In this document: one piece after another, positions 52,915 to 63,670 of the stretch
How positions within the stretch are numbered: the first letter of the stretch is position 1
Layout of the letters: each line of letters starts with the position of its first letter
DNA from: Convolutriloba macropyga
Taxonomy: Eukaryota
NCBI RefSeq assembly: GCF_964194025.1
Contig: NC_134482.1
Location: forward strand, 46,996,001-47,060,000
Direction: 5' to 3'
DNA length: 64,000 nucleotides
Notes under the pieces: model-generated
Told to the model about the DNA's origin: nothing
What the model saw: the letters and a program-made list of their open reading frames with translations, nothing else
Database searches by the model: none
Translations under genes and position numbers: made by a program

Positions 52915-53101
52915 GTAACCCAACAGCCCTTCATGGACCTTCACAGGGAACTGTTGAACAGCAACTGGCCGCGGCTGTTGCAAACTCGCCCTTCGCAACC
53001 AGACATCATTCGGGCGGAGTTGTTGGGAATCCGACCGCAGCTGCAGCAGCAGCAGTTTTTCACCAGCATTCGTCCGCAAGACAGTCATTGTCAGCTCAAT
53101 A
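52915..53101 (+). CDS. Last coding exon of the host gene (GNPTALHGPSQG...AAAAAAVFHQHSSARQSLSAQ*)
   Basis: TTTTATAG acceptor in phase 1, open frame, ends CAA TA|GTAAGT. Confidence 0.8.
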
Positions 53102-53324
53102 GTAAGTGAAATGTTCTGAAAAGTTGTAGAGAAAAGATTCTTGCATTTTATTTAACTACTTGAATTTATTTAAGGATGGTAGAGTGAACGCCGTTGATGG
53201 AGCATTTTATTCACCGACCCCACCTCCTTTACCGGTTGAAGCCGACCTGCTTTATTAATAAAAAATTGCTTGGGAGTCACTCTTCTGAAACTAAGGGCGA
53301 AAACGCTGAAGAGCCGACATTTTT

Positions 53325-54374
53325 TATAGCTGCGAAGCTGTAAGCTGAGCGGAGCTATATTGCGGTGCTCTTGGTTTTTTTACAATTCACAGAATTAGAA
53401 TTGTATTGGGGCTCTGTCTTTTTTTAAGATCTGTTCACACATTTTCATGATTTTTGAAGTCAAATTGGAGTAGTGATTTTGGTCACACCGAAAAATGAAG
53501 TGGAGCGAAAAAGCGAGTGGTTTTGCGGCGTCAAATTTTTTTGCTCCAACTTTAAAATAGAGTGAGAGAACGGTGTTTGAACAAAAATTTGCTTTCTCGC
53601 TAGTGGTTTTTTGTTCACATGCGGCAATTTCACTTTGATTTTTACTGTTTTTTGATTTTTTGGATCGGATTTTTTTTTCTAAATGGTTTTCCATATCCAT
53701 TGATAGTTCATTCTAGTCCTAGTTTTTTTGTTTTAAACAAATATCTATTTCTCGCTAGTTTTTTTTGTTCACATGCGCATTTTGACATTGATTGTCTGTT
53801 TTTTTCATCTGATTTTTTAGAGATGGTTTTCCAAGTTCACTTTTAGTCCGTTCTAGGTCTAGTTTTTGTTTAGTCAATGAAAATTCTTTGAATTTTACGT
53901 CAGGATGTGTTCTATGTTTTTGTTTCGTCTTCTGGCGCTCTTTTTCATTTTACATTTGTTCACACAGCAAAGCTGAAGTCAAATGTTCTGAATGACTTCT
54001 TCCTCTTACTAACCGTGTTTGCGCGCGTGACGTCAATTCTCACTCTCTTTTAGCAAAAGTATTTTTCGTGATTAGATTTTGATCACAAGTGACTTACCTC
54101 ACTCAATAAAATGACGTTTGCACTTTAAAACTTAAGTTTAGTTTGAATTTCTTTAAGGTCAAAGGAACTCATATGTTCCGTAAATGTCCTTAATAAGAGG
54201 CTTCTGTGAGATGAATTTTAACAAGTTTTATTAATTTATCGCTGAATGTTTTTTACTTAGCTTTTTGAGCGGCGTCGATTTTTTTTTCAATTTAGACCTG
54301 TCTCTGTTTCTATCTCTAATATATGACACGCAGGTCTATTCTTTCGCAGCTATTCCGGTAATCTGCCGGCTATG
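53325..54374 (+). mobile_element. HINE-like element (type H2)
   Basis: TATAGCTGCGAAG...GGAGCTATA left hairpin; right end TTCGCAGCTATT plus CCGGTAATCTGCCGG. Confidence 0.8.
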
Positions 54375-54988
54375 TTAATATTTATAGCTATTGTAGTGTT
54401 CTCGCGCTGTATGTGGACTTTTCCGCCTTTACACCCCTCACTCCGGAAATTATATCGCCATTGTGATATATTAAGCGAAATGGGGAGTTATACGCTCTAT
54501 GCCCACTTTTCTGTTTTATATATAATGGTATACTCGTTTATCTTTTGCTTAACGCTTAATTCTACTAGTCAGAGATTGAGAGTTCAATAAACTTTCAGAG
54601 AGTTTTAATTTGAATAAAAATAACAGACAGCTGAAATGGAAGAAAGAACTTTTATGCATTCTGTTAAATTTTATGCAGTATTGAATGAAGTTTCATTTTG
54701 CAGATGGAAAGGACTATTAATGAGATCACTGAGATGTTTTCACACATTTTGACCGTAGAAAGGAGGTTTTGATTGTGTAACTTGTGTTTAGTTCCCTTCC
54801 TAACCGAGAACACGCTAATGTTCATACAATCGGATCTGCTCCACCAGGAAGCGTATCGACACATCCTCAGATCAAAGGTTAATAAACTTATTAAACTTGC
54901 TTAACTCTTCTCTGTGCTGAAGTAGTTATGTGCTGCTGAACTTGGAATATTTCTAGTGAGTTTTTTATTAGTCTTTTAGCGCTATTCT

Positions 54989-55425
54989 TAATTGCTTATT
55001 TGTTGGCAAACGAAGTTCGTAGTATTTATGTTAGTCCTCGTGGGGGGTCTAAAGTCCTCGAGGTGGTTGAGTATTGGTTACGTGACTCTGCTTGAAGTCA
55101 CTGAGAACTTCTGGCGTTTATCGAGAACCGCGAAGTGGTTCGAGATATTAAGTCAGAATTTCGATGTGACTTCTGTAGAGTCATGTAACCATGCTTAAAA
55201 CACGATATGCGAACGTTTTAAAATGGCGGAAGTCAACTCCTGGCTATGTATATAGCAACTTCTGGCACTGCAGACTTTCGGCATTTTAAAATGTGAACGT
55301 GAGTGTTCTAAGTCCCCGTTAGTGGTAACTATTCTTGCCGATCACTAACTTTTAACTAGCAACAACCAAAAAACAATCTTCTCGCCGGTCGTTATAGAGC
55401 AATTCCTCCGACGCTAGTCGGTTGT
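54989..55425 (+). mobile_element. HINE-like element (type H1, diverged body)
   Basis: TAATTGCT...AACGAAGTTCG left end; right end GAGCAATT plus CCGACGCTAGTCGG. Confidence 0.6.
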
Positions 55426-55635
55426 GTTTGAATTTGGCACCAGGAATCGAAGTATCCAAAATATATTTTGGAATAAATAGAAACATGAGTGTTGTAAGTT
55501 ACCAGGCGCTTGAAAAGAGAGAAACCGTTACAATTGTGCTTTCTTTTCATGTCTGACTGGATTTTACATCCTAGTGCCGCATCATTGTGGATTACTTGTG
55601 GGTACAATTTATGTATTGTGTTGTTATTATTTCAG

Positions 55636-55935
55636 GACGGTGGCCTCCGGGACATGGAGGAATGTGAACCTTGAGACCGGGAATCACTTCTGACCTTGAC
55701 TGGATTTCTCCTTTATAAAGAGAACAACTGTGTTATCCTTATTCAACCGTGACGATGATTCGTTTTCCCCTGAAGTTTGTCCGAAATAATGGTTTTGTCG
55801 AGGATACAATAGAAACAACTAAATATTTGAAGACAATTTGATGAAATTTTAAAGCGACGTGTACATATGTTTGTTTTTCATTCCTTTAGTGATTAATCAA
55901 GTAACTGACAGAAGGTTCTGTACTATTAAAATCTA
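55636..55935 (+). other. Probable terminal (3' UTR) exon of the host gene
   Basis: TTATTTCAG acceptor whose first G completes a split TA|G stop. ATTAAA at about 55925. Confidence 0.45.
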
Positions 55936-55991
55936 TGAAGTTTTGCCAACTGGCTGGAAAAATGGAACGAACTTTGGCCGAACAGATTTTG

Positions 55992-56240
55992 TGTAGCTGC
56001 GAAGCTGTGAGCTGAGCGGAGACATATTGCGGTGCTCTTGGTTTTTTATGACTCCAAGAGGAGTATTGGTTTTCTTGAGGTTTTTTTTAATCCGAAGTAC
56101 TATTTGTTCAGGCGGCGTTTGACCCAATAGTGAAAGTGAGTAAAATTGCTATGTGAACTAACTTTTCTGAGCGATAGTAGTATTTTAATCATGCTTTGCG
56201 TTCAGTGGATGACTTTTCGACTTTGAATGAAAAGTGTTTT
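55992..56240 (+). mobile_element. Left terminus of a type H2 Helentron-like element with no right end in the window
   Basis: TAGCTGCGAAGCTGTGAGCTGAGCGGAGACATATTGCGGTGCTCTTGG matches 48309 and 53325. The next 200 bp match 44500-44700. Confidence 0.75.
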
Positions 56241-56269
56241 TGAGAGAACTATTTCAATTTGTGCGATCT

Positions 56270-57100
56270 TTACTATTACAAAGTGGTGCTTTCTATATTA
56301 TTATTTTGTTTTACCCCTAGTACCTTTGGAGTAAAATGCGGGTTCAAAGCCTTGTATTCATCCAACTGTTTTTTACTCTCTCCAATTCTCTCAATAGAAT
56401 TCAATCAGGAGAAATACAAAATTGAGGGGGTTTATACAATAGAATTATGGCATTAGTATTTAAAATTCAAATATGCCTTCCTTCTCCGGGTTCTCTTCAA
56501 AGCTTTGAGTCAGCTATTTTTTTAAATAAAGACTAGGAATAAGTTTTTAAGCCGCAACAGCAATGCAAGTCATGAAGGAACAAGAGATTCGATTTTTTCA
56601 GAGTTTTACCTCAGCGGTTGGAAATTATCTGAGCCATACTGAGTTTTTCAGTCTTTAAGTGTGCATGCTTCTGTCATTTTCAGTTTTATCGTGTGTGGAG
56701 TGTGTTTTCCTGCTTTATAATACCAAAAACAATTAATGCAACTATTGAGTGTTGCCATGTCGGTATTAATTTCTGCTTGAATGGAAAAATTGTTTCGAGC
56801 CTGCCATATTTGATTGAAGAATGTCATCAATCAATCAATTCAATTGCAATTTCCTCCAATTGCGCGCACCACCCATTCGCCTTGTCAGTTGGAATCTTGA
56901 TGTCTATTCTATTTTAGTTGCTTTTAAATTAGGCTGAAGTGACTCAGGACTGAAAACATTGAGACTGAAAACATCTTGTTTTTTTGTTTATTTACTTGGA
57001 CTGCTTAACTTCTCCATCATTGTGTCTCTTTTTCCTCTTGACCGTTAATTGGATGCTCTGAAAGGCTCCAAGTTTCTGCTTTTTCCGTTCTAGAGGCCAT
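56270..57100 (-). pseudogene. Decayed spliced gene of unknown product, head-to-head with JmjC unit 1
   Basis: Protein-like fragments (MASRTEKAETW; VKRKKRHNDGEVKQS; IDIKIPTDKANGWCAQLEEIAIELID; IERIGESKKQLDEYKALNPHFTPKVLG) and a GTAAAT...TTTTCAG intron-like segment at about 56950-56995. Stops and frameshifts. Confidence 0.35.
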
Positions 57101-57366
57101 TAATTTCATTCAATTTACATTTTTAACATTTTTTTTGCAAAGATAATTTGTATTTTTCCTCGATATTACTGTGCATCACATCAGCTGACATTTATTATGG
57201 GTTGTTTTCTGTGAATTCGAGAAATTGAAGTGTTGTAAGATCATAATTGATGTTTCAGATGGCGTCAATTGCTGCCGTTTTTCCCATTTAACTTTAATCT
57301 CAATGCTCTTTGAACAATTATTGACGTCAGCAGTGTTGCTCACGTAATTACTGAATGAATTCGGCA

Positions 57367-58640
57367 ATCGATAATACAAGGTGAGCGCTAATACTAATGA
57401 AACCGTTACTGCTAGTATTCAGAGATAGAAACACGATTTTTTGTAGGTTTTCGATTAAGTCATGCGAGGTTGTGCGAAGTTTTCAACAGCAAATTTGGTC
57501 AATCGAGAAACTCGAAAATTTAATCTTGCCACAAGTGCGATGTGCTGATGGGGCAGATATCCAAACATTGTTGGATTTGGGAGTACATGCAAATTATAAG
57601 TATCCCAATATTTGTAATGAAAATGGTTGGCCACGCTTTCCTCTCGAGATTAAAAACAATCGGTACTTCAATATTTGCTCAAATTTCTGCATTCATTTGA
57701 GAAGTTCTTCGGAGTGGTCGGATGTTATTGATGACTATCAATCGCAAAATAGAATAACCAATTATCGCAATATTTTACCTTCTTATTTTGCATCTTCCTA
57801 TTGCACTTTTAATATTGGGGGTATAACTAATTTTTCTCTCCTTGCGGAGGTACTGTTAACAAAGACTGATGGTATGATTCAAAAAGGTGAATGGTTCATT
57901 CAACCACACATTGAGATAGGATGGGACGTTAGTATATCCAAGGTTCCTTGTGGCAACAAAGTTTTCGTTATATGTGAGCGAGGAGACGACTGGGCCAATT
58001 TTGATAGTCTCAATACTACACCCCACGATTTCTATTGAATCTTCTCGATTTTTATTGAATGGTCCTTAAAATACGACTGAAAGGAATACTATAAGTTCCT
58101 ACTTCCCCAATAGCTCCTCCTTTTAGTGTCAGCCTACTCTCTACTGTCGGTGCTGACTCGATCTGGTCGTTTTTTGTGTGCGGTTCGGAGGCCACTATTT
58201 TGACGATTGCAGTCGATGCTGGGATGTTCTGCGATTTGTTGCTACGGCTCACGTCGTGATTTTGTTTGCAATATGATTTCCAGAGGGTATTGAAAAGACC
58301 ATTGAATATCATCGTTTGAAAATTAAAGGTTACACAGATATCTTAAATGACGCGCTGGAGCGTTTGTTCGCTTTCAAGAATTCGGGTGTTGTCCATCTAT
58401 CGCTGGTCGGCCTCGTATATCCGAAGAGAAGATGCTTGCTTTGCGTCTTCCTTGTGTTAAAGCCAAGGAGGAATCCAAAGAGAAGGTAATCTAAAGTTTC
58501 TAATTTTATTTGTTGATGAATTTTTCATTTCTCTCAGACGCGCGTTTAATGACAGAGTTAAATTCCGAATTCTTTGGCACAATTGTTTGATGAATTGTTT
58601 CTTTTGCTTGGAATTTCAAGTTCAAATCTATAAAAGATTT
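57367..58640 (+). pseudogene. JmjC-domain (2OG/Fe(II) dioxygenase) gene copy 1, disrupted
   Basis: Intron-like segments 57381-57446 and 58486-58537. ORF 57397-58038 contains FIQPHIEIGWDVSISKVPCGNKVFVIC. Stop at 58038; the distal His codon is deleted. Confidence 0.75.
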
Positions 58641-58829
58641 ACAAGGGTGTTGAGAATAATTAATAACTGATGAAATTGAAATTTTGTAAGATCATAATTA
58701 ATGTTTCAGATGGCGTCAATCGCTGCCGTTTTCTCCCAATTAGCTTAAATAATCTTAATGCTTTTTGAACAATTATTGACGTCAGCAGTGTCACGTAATT
58801 ACTGACGTAATTACTGAATCATTTCGGCA

Positions 58830-59860
58830 ATGGATAATACAAGGTGAGCGTTAATACTAATGAAACACTAAATACTAGTATACAGAGATAGAAACTCGTT
58901 TTTTGTAGGTTTTCGATTGTCATGCGAGGTTGTGCAAAATTTTCCAGAGCAATTTTGGTCAATCGAGAAAATCGAAAATTTAGGCTTGCAGCAAGTGCCA
59001 AATGTTGATGGGACAGATATCCAAACATGGGTGGATTTGGTAATACATGCAAATTCTAAGTATCCTAATTTTTGTAATGCAAATGGTTGGCCACGCTTTC
59101 CTCTCGAGATATAAGAACGAACGGTACTTCAATTTTTGCCCCAATTTCTGCAGACATTTAATAAGTTCTTCGGAGTGGTCGGATGTTATTGATGACTATC
59201 AATCCCAAAATAAAATAACCAAGTATCTCAATATTTCACCTTTTTTTGCATCTCATAGCACTTTTAGTATCAGGGGTATAGTATAACTAATTTTTCTTTC
59301 GCTGCGGAGCTACTGTTAAGAAAGACTGATGGTATGATTCAAACAAAAATTACGACTGAAAGGAATACTATCTGGTCGTTTTTGTGTGCGGTTGGGAGGC
59401 CACTCGTTTGACGATCGCAGTCGATGCTCGGATGTTCTGCGATTTTTTTGCTACGGCTCACGACGTGATTTTGTTCGCAATATGGTTTCAAGAGAGGAAA
59501 TTGAAAAGACTATTGAATATCTCCGTTTGAAAATTAAAGGTTACAATGATATCTCAAATGACGCGCTGGAGCAATTGTTCGCTTTCAAGAATTTGAGCGT
59601 TGTCCATCTATCGCTGGTCGGCTTCGTATATCCGAAGAGAAGATGCTTGCTTTGCGTCTTCCTTGTGTTAAAGCCAAGGAGGAATCCAAAGAGTAGGTAA
59701 GTTAATGTTTCCAATTTTGTTTGTTGATAAATAATGTTTCATTTCTCTCAGACGCGCGTTTAATGACAACGTAAAATTCCGAAATCTTCGGCACAATTAT
59801 TTGATGAATTGTGTCTTTGTCTGGAATTTCAAGTTCAAAGCTTTTAGCAGGGTTTGATAA
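58830..59860 (+). pseudogene. JmjC gene copy 2, catalytic motifs deleted
   Basis: ATGGATAATACAAG|GTGAGC start. Deletion at about 59343 removes the HIE/K region; the HAVLT segment is also missing. Confidence 0.7.
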
Positions 59861-60030
59861 TAAATAGTAGCTGATGAAATTGAAATTTTGTAAGATCATA
59901 ATTAATGTTTCAGATGGCGTCAGTTGCTGCCCTTCTTTCCCAAATAACTTAATTAATCTTAATGCTTTTTGAACAACTATTGACGTCAGCAGTGTTACGT
60001 AATTACTGACGTAATTTAATCATTTCGGCA

Positions 60031-61195
60031 ATGAATAATACAAGGTGAGAGCTAATACTAATGATACAGTAACTACTAGTATACAGAGTTTTGCGACATT
60101 TTCAAGAGCAATTTTGGTCAATCGATAAATTCGAAAATTTAGGCTTGCAACAAGTGCCAATTGTTGATGGGGCAGATATCCAAACAGGTTGGATTTGGGA
60201 ATTTATGCAAAACTAAGTATCCTAATTTTTGGTAATGCAAATGTTTGGCCAAGCTGTCCTCTCTATATTAAGAACGAACGGTTCTTCAATATTTGCCCCT
60301 ATTTCCGCAGACATTTAAGAAGTTCTTCGGAGTGGCCGGGTGTTATTGATGGTTTTCAATCCCAAAAAATAACCAAGTATTGCAATATTTCACCTTCTTA
60401 TTTTGCATCTTCTGATAGCACTTTTATAATCGGGGGTATAACTAAATTTTCGCTGCGGTGCTACTGCTAACAAAGACTGATGGTATGATTCAAAAAGGTG
60501 AATGGTTCATTCAACCACACATTGAGATAGGAGGGGACGTCAGTATATCCAAGGTTCCCCTTGGCGACAAACTTTTGTTTATATGTGAGCGAGGAGGTGA
60601 CTGGGCCAATTTTGATAGTCTCATTACTACACCCCAGGATTTCGTTCGATTCTTATTGAATTGTCCACAAATTACGACTGAAAGGAATACTATCTGGTCG
60701 TTCTTGTGTGCGGTTGGGAGGTCACTATTTTGACGATCGCAGTCGATGCTCGGATGTTCTGCGATTTTATTGCTACGGCTCAGGACGTGATTTTGTTCGC
60801 AATATGGTTTCAAGAGAGGGAATTGAAAAGTCTATTGAATATCTCCGTTTTAAAATTACAGGGTACAATGATATCTCAAATGACGCGCTGGAGCAATTGT
60901 TCGCTTTCAAGAATTCGGGCGTTGTCCATCTATCGCTGGTCGGGCTCGTATATCCGAAGAGAAGATGCTTGCTTTGCGTCTTCCTTGTGTTAAAGCCAAG
61001 GAGGAATCCAAAGAGTAGGTAAGTTAATGTTTCCAATTTTGTTTGTTGATGAATAATGTTTCATTTCTCTCAGACGCGCGTTTAATGACAACGTAAAATT
61101 CCGAAATCTTCGGCACAATTATTTGATGAATTGTGTCTTTGTCTGGAATTTCAAGTTCAAAGCTATAAAAGATTTAGCAGCGGTTGATAATTAAT
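60031..61195 (+). pseudogene. JmjC gene copy 3, frameshifted, lacks the distal-His segment
   Basis: HIEIGGDVSISKVPLGDKLLFIC is present (60458-60733); the frame jumps from TTERNT directly to the C-terminal part. Confidence 0.7.
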
Positions 61196-61360
61196 AGTAG
61201 CTGATGAAATTGAAATTTTGTAAGATCATAATTAATGTTTCAGATGGCGTCAGTTGCTGCCCTTCTTTCCCAAATAACTTAAATAATCTTAATGCTTTTT
61301 GAACAACTATTGACGTCATCAGTGTTACGTAATTACTGACGTAATTAAATCATTTCGGCA

Positions 61361-62525
61361 ATGAATAATACAAGGTGAGAGCTAATACTAATGTTACAGT
61401 AACTACTAGTATACAGAGTTTTGCGAAATTTTCAAGAGCAATTTTGGTCAGTCGATAAAATCGAAAATTTAGGCTTCCAACAAGTGCCAAATGTTGATGG
61501 GGCAGATATCCAAACATGGTTGGATTTGGGAATTTATGCAAAACTAAGTATCCTAATTTTTGTAATGCAAATGTTTGGCCAAGCTTTCCTCTCTATATCA
61601 AGAACGAACGGTTCTTCAATATTTGCCCCTATTTCCGCAGACATTTAAGAAGTTCTTCGGAGTGGCCGGGTGTTATTGATGGTTTTCAATCCCAAAAAAA
61701 TAACCAAGTATTGCAATATTTCACCTTCTTATTTTGCATCTTCTGATAGCACTTTTAGTATCGGGGGTGTAACTAAATTTTCGCCGCGGTGCTACTGCTA
61801 ACAAAGACTGATGGTATGATTCAAAAAGGTGAATGGTTCATTCAACCTCACATTGAGATAGGAGGGGACGTTAGTATATCCAAGGTTCCCCTTGGCGACA
61901 AACTTTTGTTTATATGTGAGCGAGGAGGCGACTGGGCCAATTTTGATAGTCTCATTACCACACCCCAGGATTTCTTTCGATTCTTATTGAATTGTCCACA
62001 AATTACGACTGAAAGGAATACTATCTGGTCGTTTTTGTTTGCGGTTGGGAGGCCACTATTTTGACGATCGCAGTCGATGCTCGGATGTTCTGCAATTTTA
62101 TTGCTACGGCTCACGACGTGATTTTGTTCGCAATATGGTTTCAAGAGAGGGAATTGAAAAGACTATTGAATGTCTCCGTTTGAAAATTACAGGTTACAAT
62201 GATATCTCAATTGACGCGCTGGAGCAATTGTTCGCTTTCAAGAGTTTGGGCGTTGTCCATCTATAGCTGGTCGGGCTCGTATATCCGAAGAGAAGATGCT
62301 TGCTTTGCGTCATCCTTGTGTTAAAGCCAAGGAGGAATCCAAAGAGTAGGTAAGTTAATGTTTCCAATTTTGTTTGTTGATGATTAATGTTTCATTTCTC
62401 TCAGACGCGCGTTTAATGCCAACGTAGAATTCCGAAATCTTCGGCACAATTATTTGATGAATTGTGTCTTTGTCTGGAATTTCAAGTTCAAAACTATAAA
62501 AGATTTAGCAGGGGTTGATAATAAA
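61361..62525 (+). pseudogene. JmjC gene copy 4, near twin of copy 3
   Basis: Same lesions as copy 3 plus a private frameshift and stop. Confidence 0.7.
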
Positions 62526-62691
62526 TAGTAGCTGATGAAATTGAAATTTTGTAAGATCATAATTAATGTTGCAGATGGCGTCAGTTGCTGCCCTTCTTTC
62601 CCAAATAACTTAAATAATCTTAATGCTTTTTGAACAACTATTGACGTCAGCAGTGTTACGTAAGTACTGACGTAATTAAATCATTTCATCA

Positions 62692-63670
62692 ATGAATAAT
62701 ACAAGGTGAGAGCTAATACTAATGATACAGTAACTACTAGTATAGAGAGTTTTGCGAAATTTTCAAGAGCAATTTTGGTCAATCGATAAAAGCGAAAAGT
62801 TAGGCTTCCAACAAGTGCCAAATGTTGATTGGGCAGATATCCAAACATGGTTGGATTTGGGAATTTATGCAAAACTAAGTATCCTAATTTTTGTAATACA
62901 AATGTTTGGCCAAGCTTTCCTCTCTATATCAAGAACGAACGGTTCTTCAATATTTGCCCCTATTTCCGCAGACATTTAAGAAGTTCTTCGGAGTGGCCGG
63001 GTGTTATTGATGGTTTTCAATCCCAAAAAATAACCAAGTATTGCAATATTTCACCTTCTTATTTTGCATCTTCTGATAGCACTTTTATAATCGGGGGTAT
63101 AACTAAATTTTCTCTCCTTGCGGAGCTACTGTTAACAAAGACTGATGGTATGATTCAAAAAGGTGAATGGTTCATTCAACCACACATTGAGATAGGATGG
63201 GACGTTAGTATATCCAAGGTTCCTTGTGGCAACAAAGTTTTCGTTATATGTGAGCGAGGAGACGACTGGGCCAATTTTGATGGTCTCATTACCACACCCC
63301 AGGATTTCTTTCGATTCTTATTGAATGGTCCACAAAATACGACTGAAAGGAATACTGTAAGGTCCTACTTCCCTAATAGCTCCTCCTTTTTGTGTCAGCC
63401 CGCGCTCTGCTGTCATGCGGTGCTGACCCGATCTGGTCGTTCTTTTGTGTGCGGTTGGGAGGCCACTGTTTTCGACGATTGCAGTCGATGATAGGTTGTT
63501 CTCCAATGTTTTTGCTACGGCTAACGATGTGATTTTGTTCCCATTTTGTTTTCAGGAGAGGGAATTTAAAAGAACATAAAATATCTACGTTTGAAAAATA
63601 CAAGTGACACTGATATCTTAAACGACGCGCTGGAGCATTTATTAGCTTTCAAGAATTCGGGCGTTGTTGT
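62692..63670 (+). pseudogene. JmjC gene copy 5 with the complete catalytic triad in one frame
   Basis: ORF 62829-63491: H (63183)-I-E, Lys at +17, and CQPALCCHAVLT with His at 63414 (+77 aa). Frameshift upstream (about 62875) and stop at 63491. Confidence 0.8.

Noticed and set aside
58660-58700. CTGATGA-AATT-GAAA at JmjC unit boundaries as a hammerhead ribozyme
   Set aside because: Only 4 nt separate the core motifs, too few for stem II, and I found no convincing stems I or III.
57397-63491. Naming the JmjC copies KDM2, PHF8 or KDM7 orthologues
   Set aside because: Only motif spacing is shared. The sequence is highly divergent, has HxE and lacks accessory domains, so the substrate (histone or other) is unknown.
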